Origin: a virus
Lineage: Duplodnaviria > Caudoviricetes
Reading direction: 5' to 3' (one strand)
Virus record (IMG/VR): IMGVR_UViG_3300048636_000181
Span: 1-54,112 of that record
DNA length: 54,112 nucleotides
Shown: positions 44,615-54,112 of the stretch, piece by piece
Layout: every line of letters begins with the position of its first letter
Numbering within the stretch: position 1 is the stretch's first letter
The notes under the pieces: model-generated
Told to the model about the DNA's origin: nothing
The model's input: the letters and a program-made list of their open reading frames with translations, nothing else
The model's database searches: none
Translations under genes and position numbers: made by a program

Positions 44615-44976
44615 AAGAAAACCAAGAAAAGCTCAAGCTGTATACCAGACAGCTTGGGTTTCTCGCTGCGGTACCCAAAGACTGGAAACAGTCGAGACTT
44701 GGAAAGCTGCTCAGCGCGAAGCGCTCAGTACCCCTTCCTCCGCTTGGAGGCGGCGTTCATCTTCTTGATCTTCTAATCGACCTCGGGACGGTTAGGGAGA
44801 AGAACGGCGACAGTATGCTCCCGCTCAGAGACCAAGAGCTCTGGTACTACATGAAGACCCGCCAGCTAGATCTAATACCAGAAGAAGTCGAGACCGTGAT
44901 CGCCATGAGCCGCGACTACATCCGAGGTTACCACCTCGGCCTAGATGAAGCGGCAATCCCGCCGTATGAGGAATAA
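44587..44976 (+). CDS. -1 frameshift extension of the tail chaperone (gpGT-like)
   Basis: G GGA AAC at 44587-44593; the -1 frame stays open to TAA 44976 (...LKLYTRQLGFL...EVETVIAMSRDY...PPYEE). Confidence 0.8.
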   Translation, partial: GKLHGRSELEENQEKLKLYTRQLGFLAAVPKDWKQSRLGKLLSAKRSVPLPPLGGGVHLLDLLIDLGTVREKNGDSMLPLRDQELWYYMKTRQLDLIPEEVETVIAMSRDYIRGYHLGLDEAAIPPYEE

Positions 44977-44979
44977 CGA

Positions 44980-47550
44980 ATGTTCGTTGCAGACCTTGGT
45001 ATCCGAGTTGGAACCGACGGCGTCAAGCGGGCGCAGACGGAACTCGATCGGCTTCGCCGCAAAGGCGGTGAAACCGAGCAGGCCATGGGCGGGCTCACTC
45101 GCGGCATGGCTCGGCTCGCCGGAGGCGTTCTTGCCTTCGGTACTGCCGTCGGTGGTATTCAGCTAGCATCCCAGTTTGTCACGCAAGGGCGGGCGGTCAG
45201 TAAGAACCTCGCCGAGGTCTCCACGTTGCTGAACGGCACAGCGCAAGAGATGGAGTTCCTAACATCGAAGTCGCAGGAGTTCGTTCGTTCCTTCGGCGGA
45301 GATTCGGCTCAGCAGTTGCAAGGCTTCTACAATACCATCTCTGCTGGTGCCGGGTCGGTTGAGGAAGCCGCCGTCACTATGGAGCAGGCGAACAAGCTCG
45401 CCAAAGGCGGCGTGACCGACATCGGAACAGCGGTCGACGGCCTGACCTCGGTCATGAATGCCTACGGCGATAATGTTGAAGGCGCCGCTGCGGTCTCGGA
45501 CGCAATGTTCGTCGCGATGAAAGCCGGTAAGACAACCATCGGCGAACTGTCCAGCAGCATTGGTAAGGTCGCGCCTCTGGCGGTCTCGGCAGGCGTCGAG
45601 TTCGACGAGCTGGTCGGCTCCATTGCGGCCCTGACGAAAGGCGGCATCCAAACCACGGAGGCCGTCACGGGCGTCCGGGCAATTCTCGCTGCGGTCACCA
45701 AGCCCTCGCAGGAAGCTCAGAAGCTTGCCGCGAAGCTCGGGCTCGAGTTCAACTCGGCCTCGCTCAAGGCGAAGGGTTTCGCCGGGTTCATGGAAGACGT
45801 CAAGGCGAAGACCGGCGGCTCGACCGACGCTATGGCCATGCTCTTTGGCGGGGTCGAAGCGATCGTTCCCGCACTGGCTCTGGCCGGGCAGGCGGGCGAG
45901 GATCTGAATGTCATTCTCGGTGACATGGAGACCAAGGCGGGCGCGACCGACGTGGCTGTCGAGAAGATCGCGCAGAGCCTCGACGATCGGCTGAACGTAC
46001 AGCTCGCGCGGTTTACCATATTCGCTGAGCAGGCAGGCACCGCGCTTTTGACTGGGCTGGTTGTCGCGCTTGAGACGACAGAGGTCGCGTCGCAATTCGT
46101 AGGCGACAACCTCGACATCATTGGAGCGGCAGCCGTGGGGCTGGCTGCCACCCAGATCCCCGCACTGGTCTCGGGTCTGGCTGGCCTCCGTGGGGGCATG
46201 GTCCTTGTCACGGGAGCGGCTCGGGCCATGGCTGTCGCCATGACGCTTGCAGGTGGCCCCATCGGCATCATCGTCGGGCTGCTCGCCGGGGGCGCAGCGT
46301 ACTGGCTCCTGTTCCGAGATAATACCGATGAAGCAATCACTTCAATTTATGACGCCGAGGCAGGAACTAACGCCCTAAACACCGCTCTGGGGGTGTTCTA
46401 TCAGACCGGTGCCCCGTCCGCCGGGAAAGCAGCGATAGACCTCGCCAACAGCAACTACAAACTTGCGCAATCAGCCCTTGCGGCTGCAGAGGCCGAACTG
46501 GCAAAACGGCAAGCGCTTCGCGACACCGCAGCCGACATTAGCTCCAGTAATCCGCTCCTTGAGGGCAACGCTCCGTCCTATGTTGAGGAGGAGCTTGATC
46601 GGGCGGAAAGAGACGTCCAAAAGATCAGAGATGCGGTAGAGCAGGCTCGCCGCGAACGAGACCGCGCTGCAAGAGCGGTGACCGGCTCTGGCTTCGGTGG
46701 GGTGACTCAGCTTGACCCGATTGATGTCCCCGGTGTCGACGCAGGCACCGAAGCCATCCAGCAGCGTGTGGCCGAGATCCTGAAGGCTCTGCAGGACACG
46801 GGCGCAGCGGCTGGCAGCGGCAGCGGTGGTGCCGCAAGCGGCATGAATGAACTAGCCGATGCTGCCAAGCGGGTATTCGAAGATACCCGCACGCCGCTCG
46901 AAAAGTACAACACGGCAATGGCCGAACTGAACATGCTCCTCGAAAAAGGCGCGATCAGTCAGGACACCTTTAACCGCGCTTCGAAGGTACTAGCAGAGGA
47001 CCTGAAGAAAGCACAAGAGGAGACGGACGGATTTGCCGATAAACTGGACGGGGTGGCTGAGTCTCTGACCGACATCATCTTGGAAGCAAAGAGTGCCGGG
47101 GACGTGGTAGAGGACATGCTGCGCCGTATCGGGCGCGCTCTGATCTCGTCTGGTATCAAGATGGGCCTGTCCCAGATTGCCGATGGGCTGAAGGGGCTGG
47201 GCGGCGGCAAGTCGAGCGGTCTTGGTTCCTTCGTTGGGATGGTTCTTGAAAGCTTCGCTGGTGGCGGCCGGACGCGCAAAGGCTCTCGCACTGGCGGCGT
47301 TGACGGGAAAGGCGGGTACCCCGCCATCGTCCACCCGGACGAGACCATCATCGACCATCGCGCCGGACAACAGGTCGCGGCTCCGGCACCGTCTGTATTC
47401 GCGCCGACGATCCATGCAGACGGGGCTGATGCCGGGGCAATTGCTCGTCTCGAACGGACTATCACGGAATTGTACCGTGACTTCGACCAAAAAGTTTGGA
47501 ACGCAAATAAACGCGCGTCGCGCACCGGGAGAGATAAACAGTGGTCCTGA
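44980..47550 (+). CDS. tape measure protein
   Basis: 856 aa, Ala/Gly-rich and helical; TP901-type core; 'FAGGG.T..G.R.GG.DGKGG..AIVHPDE'. Confidence 0.92.
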   Translation: MFVADLGIRVGTDGVKRAQTELDRLRRKGGETEQAMGGLTRGMARLAGGVLAFGTAVGGIQLASQFVTQGRAVSKNLAEVSTLLNGTAQEMEFLTSKSQEFVRSFGGDSAQQLQGFYNTISAGAGSVEEAAVTMEQANKLAKGGVTDIGTAVDGLTSVMNAYGDNVEGAAAVSDAMFVAMKAGKTTIGELSSSIGKVAPLAVSAGVEFDELVGSIAALTKGGIQTTEAVTGVRAILAAVTKPSQEAQKLAAKLGLEFNSASLKAKGFAGFMEDVKAKTGGSTDAMAMLFGGVEAIVPALALAGQAGEDLNVILGDMETKAGATDVAVEKIAQSLDDRLNVQLARFTIFAEQAGTALLTGLVVALETTEVASQFVGDNLDIIGAAAVGLAATQIPALVSGLAGLRGGMVLVTGAARAMAVAMTLAGGPIGIIVGLLAGGAAYWLLFRDNTDEAITSIYDAEAGTNALNTALGVFYQTGAPSAGKAAIDLANSNYKLAQSALAAAEAELAKRQALRDTAADISSSNPLLEGNAPSYVEEELDRAERDVQKIRDAVEQARRERDRAARAVTGSGFGGVTQLDPIDVPGVDAGTEAIQQRVAEILKALQDTGAAAGSGSGGAASGMNELADAAKRVFEDTRTPLEKYNTAMAELNMLLEKGAISQDTFNRASKVLAEDLKKAQEETDGFADKLDGVAESLTDIILEAKSAGDVVEDMLRRIGRALISSGIKMGLSQIADGLKGLGGGKSSGLGSFVGMVLESFAGGGRTRKGSRTGGVDGKGGYPAIVHPDETIIDHRAGQQVAAPAPSVFAPTIHADGADAGAIARLERTITELYRDFDQKVWNANKRASRTGRDKQWS

Positions 47551-48167
47551 CTCATCCTATCACAATAACTGACTTGTTCCAGTGGGCGGAGATCGAGCCG
47601 ACCATCGTAGACCGTCAGGAATACTCCCGAGTTGGCGGCGGTCAGGCGCAGGCAAAGAACCTCGGCGATCCTTACTGGGTCGTCAATTTTCGAAGTATGC
47701 CGTTGGACAAGTCCGCGGCGAAGCACCTCGAAGGGCGCCTCCAGTCGCTTGGCGGGATGACTCGCACGTTCTACGCAGACCTTCTATCGTACCCGCGTCC
47801 GAAGGGCACTACCGGGGCGATCTCGGGAGTGACCGTGAAATCCGTCCACGCAACCCGTCGCGGGCTCGCTCTGCAGGGCCTCACGGCTGGCCGGATCATT
47901 CCCGCCGGGACATACCTCTCGGTCACGAACGCGGGTGGAGGCTACGACCTGCACCTGACGGCGGAGGCCGCGACCGCAAACGGATCGGGGGATACGATCT
48001 CAGTTGAGGTTGCTCCTGTCGTGGGGTTGAACGTTGCCGCTGGTAATGCGGTCAGACTGACTCCGCCGCGTATCGAGCTGTTCATGGAGCCGGGGACGCT
48101 TTCTGTCTCCCGTAGGTCCGGGCTGCTTTACGATGTAGCGTTCAATGCGGTACAGGTGATCCGATGA
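47541..48167 (+). CDS. distal tail protein
   Basis: Directly after the tape measure gene; about 200 aa. Confidence 0.65.
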   Translation: MVLTHPITITDLFQWAEIEPTIVDRQEYSRVGGGQAQAKNLGDPYWVVNFRSMPLDKSAAKHLEGRLQSLGGMTRTFYADLLSYPRPKGTTGAISGVTVKSVHATRRGLALQGLTAGRIIPAGTYLSVTNAGGGYDLHLTAEAATANGSGDTISVEVAPVVGLNVAAGNAVRLTPPRIELFMEPGTLSVSRRSGLLYDVAFNAVQVIR

Positions 48168-48787
48168 GAAATCTTGATACCCAAACCGAAGCCGCAATCG
48201 CCAACCAGAACATCCTGATCCCTCGGGACTTCCTCTGGCTCGTTACAAGGAATCGCTCGACAGGCGCCCCGTACGCATGGGGCTGTTGGTCTGGTAACCG
48301 GACAACGGCGGCTTCCGTGCTCGACCCGTTTACTGGGAATGCGGTTAACCGCACCTACGAAGGCGGCGGAGCGATGGTTAAGACAAGCGCGGTGCCGCTC
48401 GCAACCGGGCTGGTCACACAGGAGGTCACGGTTGCCCTGAGCATCCTGAACCCCGGCGCGGAGCAGGTGGTGCGTCAGTACGATCTGAAGCGTGCACCGG
48501 TGCAGATCCATCGTGGCTTCATGGACCCGAACACCATGCAGCTGGTGGCGCCTGCGCGGCCTCGCTTCGTGGGCTTTGTAGACGGCGCCCCGATCGAGAC
48601 GCCCGAGGAGGGCAATGACGGGGCCGTCGTCGTTTTGAACTGCGTCAACCATGTTCAAGACCTTCACCGCAGCTCTGCGGAGAAGCGCTCGGATGCCAGC
48701 CAAAGAAGAAGGAACCCGACCGATGGCTTCTTTCGTCATGCGGCCACCGTGGGGTCGTGGACCATTTCGTGGGGGCAGAAAGATTGA
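48164..48787 (+). CDS. tail tip/baseplate hub protein
   Basis: 'RFVGFVDGAPI', 'RSDASQRRR.P.DGFF...WG'. Confidence 0.7.
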   Translation: MRNLDTQTEAAIANQNILIPRDFLWLVTRNRSTGAPYAWGCWSGNRTTAASVLDPFTGNAVNRTYEGGGAMVKTSAVPLATGLVTQEVTVALSILNPGAEQVVRQYDLKRAPVQIHRGFMDPNTMQLVAPARPRFVGFVDGAPIETPEEGNDGAVVVLNCVNHVQDLHRSSAEKRSDASQRRRNPTDGFFRHAATVGSWTISWGQKD

Positions 48788-49215
48788 AGTATCGTCACGC
48801 CGTTCCCGGCGACCTGCCGAAGTTGGTTGAGTTCGCTAGGGCGCTTCGGAGTGAAGTAGTCCCCGGAATGCCCTTCTCGCCGGAGGTTACTTCCGCCACC
48901 CTGCTCGGTCTTATTCAAAGACCGGAAGGCTTTGTTTATGTAGCTGAGACTGAAGATAGGCTAGTCGGCTTAATCGTAGGCTACGCTGGTCTAAGCCCTT
49001 GGAACGATTGCATTCAAGCCGAGGAGCTTCTATGGTGGGTGGAACCAAGCTACAGAGGGAAGGTGGGCATGATACTGCTCGAAGCTTTCGAAGCGTGGAC
49101 TTCCCTTCAAGGCGCCGTGGTCGTTGGGGTTTCTTATACCGGGGACAACCTAACTAAACTGTTCGAGCGTAAAGGCTATGCTCGGGCTGAAGCCAAGTTC
49201 TACAGGGTAAACTGA
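48784..49215 (+). CDS. GNAT-family acetyltransferase
   Basis: 'YRHA...DLP', 'WWVEPSYRGKVGMILLEAFEAW', 'LFERKGY'; TTGA-coupled start. Confidence 0.75.
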   Translation: MKYRHAVPGDLPKLVEFARALRSEVVPGMPFSPEVTSATLLGLIQRPEGFVYVAETEDRLVGLIVGYAGLSPWNDCIQAEELLWWVEPSYRGKVGMILLEAFEAWTSLQGAVVVGVSYTGDNLTKLFERKGYARAEAKFYRVN

Positions 49216-52200
49216 TGCCTATTTTCAGCAGCTTTGTCGCCGCAATCGCAGCCGAAGGCTTCATCGCAGCACTCACCACCACCGCCATCGGCAAGCTACT
49301 CACCGGGGTGGCGTTCAACGCTCTGGCGTCTGCGCTGTTTGCGCCCGATGCTCCGAAGAACCCGGACCCGGCTGGCATTGTCGGAGAGATCCAGCAAGGC
49401 GTCGTTCCGCGGTCCATTATCCTTGGCACCTCGGCCACTGCCGGGTCTCTGGTCTACCACAACCACTGGGGCGGGGAAACCAACGAATACTATACCCGCA
49501 TCACTGCGCTCTGCGACCTTCCGGTTGGCGGTCTGGCCGAGATCTGGATCGACGGGGAGAAGATGGCGCTGTCGTCGACGCCGGACCCCGGAGGGAAGGG
49601 CTACCCGATCGTCGAGCTGTCGACTGTCGACAAGAAGATGGTGCCGGTGGCGCCGACGAACCTTGACAGGGATACCGGCACCACCTACCAAGAGGTCAGC
49701 GTCAGCAAGGTCCACGGCTGGATCAAGTTCTACGACGGGACCCAGACGACCGCCGACCAGTTCGTCATTAACAATGTGGCGACGACGGAGCGCCCGTGGA
49801 CGGCGAATGATGTTGGCCACGGGGTGGCATATGCCATCGCGACCTTCAAAGCCAACCCGAAGCTCTTCAAGAACTTCCCGCAGATCGTCTACGCTGTCGA
49901 CGGGATCCTGATGTATGACCCGGTCTCCGAGACCACCGGCCCCAGCAGCAACCCGGCGGTGCAGGCGCGCCACATCCTAAACGGGATCAGCTATGGCGAC
50001 CAGTGGCTCTACGGACCGCAATCGCCGGGGTATGTTGACGACGCCGAGCTCGCGGCCGAGATCGCGAAGTGCAACCAGCCGGTGCCGGGAGCTGCCGGCA
50101 TGACGAACGCCGAGAAGATCGCTGCGTTCGGGAGCACCGCCGTGCCTGCACAATACCGCTGCGGGATTGAGATCGAAGTCGACCGCCCCGTAACCTCGGC
50201 GCTCGAAGACATTCTCACTTCCTGCAACGGCCGCATTACCGAGATCGGGGCGCGCTACCGCTTCCAAGTCGGCGATCCCGGACCCTCGGTGGCCAGCTTC
50301 ACCGACCTTTCCGTGGTTACCACAGAGAAGCAGCATTTTGCTCCGTTCTTTCCGCTCGCCGATACGATCAATGGCGTCACTGCGACCTACCCTGAGCCTC
50401 TTGAGGGGTGGCAGACACAAGAGGCCCCGCCGCTCTACAGCGATGTCTACGAGGCAGAGGACGGCAACCGGCGCCTGCCGACTTCCATCCCCATCCCGTC
50501 GGTGCCCTATCGCGAGCAGGTTCAGCGCCTCATGTCTGCGGCGCTGGCCGAGGCTCGGCGTGCCCGCAGACTCACCGTCACTCTGCTCTCTTGGTACTGG
50601 ACGCTGGAGCCGGGCGACTTCGTCACGTGGAACTCGGAGCGTAACGGCTTCGTCGACAAACTGTTCCGAGTGGACGGGGTCGAGGACCACGAGAACGGGG
50701 ACATCACCGTAGACCTGACAGAGGTCGACCCGAACGACTACAACTGGACAGCCGCGACCGACTACCGGCCCGTGGCCCACGGCTCCGTCTCTCCGCAGGC
50801 ACTCCCCGACTTCGCCATCCCCGGCTGGCGGGTATTCCCGATGACTCTCCGAGACGGTGCTGGGAACGAGCGCCGTCCGGCGATCGGGATGCAGTGGTCG
50901 GCGATTGAATCTCCGGACGTTCGCGCGATCGAATACCATATCCGTAAACAGTCCGACGGCCTTATGCTCAAGTCGGGGACGTTCGTGCATCTCGACTCGC
51001 TGGTCGGGTTCGTCGACTCTGGGGTCATCCCCGGAGAGACCTACGAGGTCAACGCGAAGCTGATCTCGCGCACCAAACAGACTGCGTTCACCGGCTGGAT
51101 CGAGGTTGAGGTTCCGGCGATCCTGATCGGACCCGACGACCTGTCCGACGAGGTCACCAACTCGCTGTTCCCTGACGCGCCGGGTATCCCGCAGAACCTC
51201 GCGATCAACTCGATCCTCGACTCGGACGGACGGGCAACACTCGTCATGAACTGGGACGCCGTCTCGGGCGCGACCGGGTACGAGCTGGGTATCACCGAGA
51301 ACGGGGGGAACCAGTTCGTGATCCCCTCGGGCGAGAACAGCTACGGGATCACCGACGTCCGTCCGAACATCCATCTCGAGGTCGTGGTCCGCGCTGTCGG
51401 CTCCATGGGCGACCGCTCCGGCTGGTCATCACCGCCTGTCACGCACACGGTCGTCAAAGATACCACCCCTCCCCCCGTTCCCACTCTTGCCCCGATCGTC
51501 GAGGGGGTCGACACGCTATGGCTGTCGTGGTCTCTGACTGAGCCGCCGGACCTTGAGCGCTTCGAGGTCTACGAGAGTACCACCGCGACGCCTGCTCCGA
51601 CGCTAGGCACGGAGGCGACCTTCACCTCGCTGGCCACCGTATTCGCTCGCTCCGGTCTGCCGGACACGAACCCGCGTCACTACTGGGTTCGGGCCGTCGA
51701 CAGCTCCGGCAACAAGTCGGCGTGGTCCGCCCGGAAGTCGGGGGCCACCTCCGGCGCTCCAGAATTGACGAGCGAAGACCTTGCGGGGCTGGTCGATAAC
51801 ACCAGCTTCGCGACCGGTCTTGCTGCGGTCGAGATCCTTGGTGCGCTGCCGACCACGGGCAATTTCGACGGACGGCTCGTTGTTCTGACGACCGACTGGA
51901 AGCTGTACCGATACGATGGCGACGCCGAGGAGTTCACCTCCAAGGTGGACGGCGCAGATATTGTTGCCGACAGTGTCGCCTCGGCAGCTATTCAGGCGGG
52001 TGCAATCAACACTCGCGAACTGGCCGCTGGTGCGGTGATGGTCCGGCACCTTGGCATCGGAGACTTCACGAACTATGCCGCAGGTTCGGACTTCGAGGTA
52101 GAAGACCGCATCCCATGGGCACTGGGTTCGAATATGAACCGAACCACCACCGTCACTTATGGGGGTAGCGCGGGGGCGCTTAGAATCGGCGGGGGGTCGA

Positions 52201-54110
52201 GTAACGGTTATCTTCTGGGTGAAGGTATCGAGTGCCATCCGGGCGAGCAGTTCTACGTCAGTTTTTGGTCTCGGTGTGATGGAAACTGGAACGGGGCCGA
52301 TAACAACTCCAAGCTCCGGTTCGGCAATTTCGATGGTGGGAGCCTTGTAGGTGCCGTCGCTTATAACAATGGCGAGAGCGTCAATAGTTGGATCCAGAAA
52401 ACCGGTGTCATCACGGTCCCTTCCGGCTGCTACCGTCTGGGGACTTCTCTAGGCTGTGACGCTACTGTGGGACAGCAGTACCTCGACAATATCGTAATTC
52501 GCCGGATGAACGGCGGCGAGGTCATCGTCGATGGTGCTCTGAAGGCCCGGCATGTGTCGGTGACCGAGGAGTTCATCACCAACACGGCGCAGATCAAGAA
52601 CGGCATCATATCCAACGCCAAGATCACTGACCTGAGTGCCGACAAGCTGTTGGCTGGAACGGCATTGACCAGCTCGCTCACGGTGTCGGGGACGGCTCTA
52701 AGTTCCATCCGAAACTGGGCGAACGACCCTGCGGCTCGGATCAACGCTGCCTCCACGCAGATCCTCCCCGGCAAGATTGTCATCTCGGGGGGTACGACGC
52801 TCGACGACTGGCGCAAGTCCGGCGACACGACCAAGATCGACGGCGGGAAGATCTCGACCAACACCGTTGACACCGCCCAGCTGAACGCGAACTCGGTGAA
52901 AACCGCGCAACTGGCCGCCGGTGCCGCGACCTTGGACAAGCTCGCGGTCGGTCAGGGCAGAAACCTCTACAACGATTCTCAGTTCGCCCTTGGAACGGAG
53001 CTTCTCCGTATTAACGGCGCTGGCAGTTCCTTTAATGAGTCTAGCCTTTCCATGAGGCTTGCTGGAGACAGTTGGGCAGGAAAGAACTTCGAGACCCTAA
53101 TGCTGGTGCAAGCTGGGTCATCTTCTAACGGATATACCGATATTCTTCCTCGAGATACTCCGGGATCGGGGGATAACCGACAGGTCCCTGCAGAGGGGGG
53201 TAAGTGGTATGAGGCTTCGGTCTATGTGTCCACTCACCGCTGCACGGGCTCGCTCTACATGCGGTTTATGGATGCTGACGGAGCCCAACTGAGCGCACCC
53301 GTCACAGCGATCCCGGAGAGCCTAGGATCGTCCAACAACCCGGATCTTTGGCAGCGGGTGCGAGTTCACTATCAGGCTCCCAGCGGGACGGCATTTGTAC
53401 AAATGTTCATCCGCAAATACGGAACTTTGTCAGGAACTAGCTCGTACCTCTTCCTGCACAAGCCGATGATCGCAGAGAGCCATGCTCAGGCGACGGAGCC
53501 TGCGCCGTGGTCCCCCGGTGGCCAGACGTTGATCAGCGGAGACATGATCAAGACCGGCCTCGTCGATGCACGACGGGTCAAGATCGACAGCTTCACGATC
53601 AGTTCTGATGGGTCAGGGAACCTGATCGTTAAGGATAACGGGATCGGTCGGGTTAAGATTATCGCAGGTGCATTGACAGACGGTGGTATCGACCAAAGCC
53701 CTACTCAGGGTTACCGAAACCACAATACGGTTGCCTGTGAGATCTACATCGGACCTGTGAAGTATAACGAGTTCTGGCACTTCGCGGGGGTCGGTGAACT
53801 TAAAGGTCCCGGCCGGACTGCTGCGTGGGAGATGAAGTCTGAGCTGGTCATGCAGTATCGGACCCTAGAAAACGGGACTTGGTCTAGTTTCCGTAATGTC
53901 TGGTATAGCGGTGTCCGGCATAACGAGGAAGGTTGGGTAGACAAGAGTGATACCTACCACTTCGCAAGCCGCGATTACGACAACGTGCATGTGCGTCTGG
54001 TGGTCACCACTGTGAACCACAATCCCAACTCCTCCCCCTCGACAGTCACCTTCCCGCTGCACAACACACGAAATCTGGCGCTTATTATTCAGTCGATGAC
54101 ACGGAGGTAA
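49215..54110 (+). CDS. central tail fibre/tip protein (gpJ-like) with FN3 and carbohydrate-binding-like domains
   Basis: 1631 aa; 'LEPGDFVTW'; FN3-like 'YWVRAVDSSGNKSAWS'; two jelly-roll-like modules near the C-terminus. Confidence 0.85.
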   Translation: MPIFSSFVAAIAAEGFIAALTTTAIGKLLTGVAFNALASALFAPDAPKNPDPAGIVGEIQQGVVPRSIILGTSATAGSLVYHNHWGGETNEYYTRITALCDLPVGGLAEIWIDGEKMALSSTPDPGGKGYPIVELSTVDKKMVPVAPTNLDRDTGTTYQEVSVSKVHGWIKFYDGTQTTADQFVINNVATTERPWTANDVGHGVAYAIATFKANPKLFKNFPQIVYAVDGILMYDPVSETTGPSSNPAVQARHILNGISYGDQWLYGPQSPGYVDDAELAAEIAKCNQPVPGAAGMTNAEKIAAFGSTAVPAQYRCGIEIEVDRPVTSALEDILTSCNGRITEIGARYRFQVGDPGPSVASFTDLSVVTTEKQHFAPFFPLADTINGVTATYPEPLEGWQTQEAPPLYSDVYEAEDGNRRLPTSIPIPSVPYREQVQRLMSAALAEARRARRLTVTLLSWYWTLEPGDFVTWNSERNGFVDKLFRVDGVEDHENGDITVDLTEVDPNDYNWTAATDYRPVAHGSVSPQALPDFAIPGWRVFPMTLRDGAGNERRPAIGMQWSAIESPDVRAIEYHIRKQSDGLMLKSGTFVHLDSLVGFVDSGVIPGETYEVNAKLISRTKQTAFTGWIEVEVPAILIGPDDLSDEVTNSLFPDAPGIPQNLAINSILDSDGRATLVMNWDAVSGATGYELGITENGGNQFVIPSGENSYGITDVRPNIHLEVVVRAVGSMGDRSGWSSPPVTHTVVKDTTPPPVPTLAPIVEGVDTLWLSWSLTEPPDLERFEVYESTTATPAPTLGTEATFTSLATVFARSGLPDTNPRHYWVRAVDSSGNKSAWSARKSGATSGAPELTSEDLAGLVDNTSFATGLAAVEILGALPTTGNFDGRLVVLTTDWKLYRYDGDAEEFTSKVDGADIVADSVASAAIQAGAINTRELAAGAVMVRHLGIGDFTNYAAGSDFEVEDRIPWALGSNMNRTTTVTYGGSAGALRIGGGSSNGYLLGEGIECHPGEQFYVSFWSRCDGNWNGADNNSKLRFGNFDGGSLVGAVAYNNGESVNSWIQKTGVITVPSGCYRLGTSLGCDATVGQQYLDNIVIRRMNGGEVIVDGALKARHVSVTEEFITNTAQIKNGIISNAKITDLSADKLLAGTALTSSLTVSGTALSSIRNWANDPAARINAASTQILPGKIVISGGTTLDDWRKSGDTTKIDGGKISTNTVDTAQLNANSVKTAQLAAGAATLDKLAVGQGRNLYNDSQFALGTELLRINGAGSSFNESSLSMRLAGDSWAGKNFETLMLVQAGSSSNGYTDILPRDTPGSGDNRQVPAEGGKWYEASVYVSTHRCTGSLYMRFMDADGAQLSAPVTAIPESLGSSNNPDLWQRVRVHYQAPSGTAFVQMFIRKYGTLSGTSSYLFLHKPMIAESHAQATEPAPWSPGGQTLISGDMIKTGLVDARRVKIDSFTISSDGSGNLIVKDNGIGRVKIIAGALTDGGIDQSPTQGYRNHNTVACEIYIGPVKYNEFWHFAGVGELKGPGRTAAWEMKSELVMQYRTLENGTWSSFRNVWYSGVRHNEEGWVDKSDTYHFASRDYDNVHVRLVVTTVNHNPNSSPSTVTFPLHNTRNLALIIQSMTRR

Positions 54111-54112
54111 CA
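54091..54112 (+). repeat. 22-nt terminal direct repeat (copy 2)
   Basis: Identical to 1-22. Confidence 0.95.

Noticed and set aside
1-54112. Stop-codon reassignment, introns or inteins
   Set aside because: Core genes (PolA, TerL, major capsid, helicase, tape measure) are full length in the standard code with no obvious insertions.

Overview
The window is an apparently complete, circularly permuted genome (about 54.09 kb) of a lytic, long-tailed dsDNA phage: the first and last 22 nt are identical, and the last gene runs on into the first. The gene set resembles the 7-deazaguanine-modifying siphoviruses (Queuovirinae-like), and the tail and accessory genes suggest an alphaproteobacterial host (inference). 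Layout: tail-end and lysis genes (1-2624, +); a leftward replication and DNA-modification arm (2757-19543, -) with PolA, beta-clamp, dpdA-queC-folE-queD-queE, SF2 helicase, Cas4-like nuclease, RNase H, a YhhQ/VUT transporter, SSB and a Sak4-like ATPase; an HTH gene, primase and a putative origin (19705-22930); small early genes ending in a NusG-family gene (22930-30879); and the packaging, head and tail operon (31013-54110). I saw no integrase, tRNA or CRISPR array. The most notable observations are: (1) a NusG/RfaH paralogue directly upstream of the late operon, plus a twice-repeated 15-bp RNA hairpin with swapped GGAA/UUCG tetraloops; (2) a portal fused to an Acb1-like 2H phosphoesterase; (3) a QxxLF clamp-binding motif at the C-terminus of DpdA, next to a phage beta-clamp gene; (4) a QueC lacking its zinc cysteines; (5) four paralogues sharing a C-terminal helical domain, each behind its own sigma70-like promoter; (6) a helicase ending in an SSB-tail mimic. 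All family assignments come from motif recognition by eye, not from database searches.
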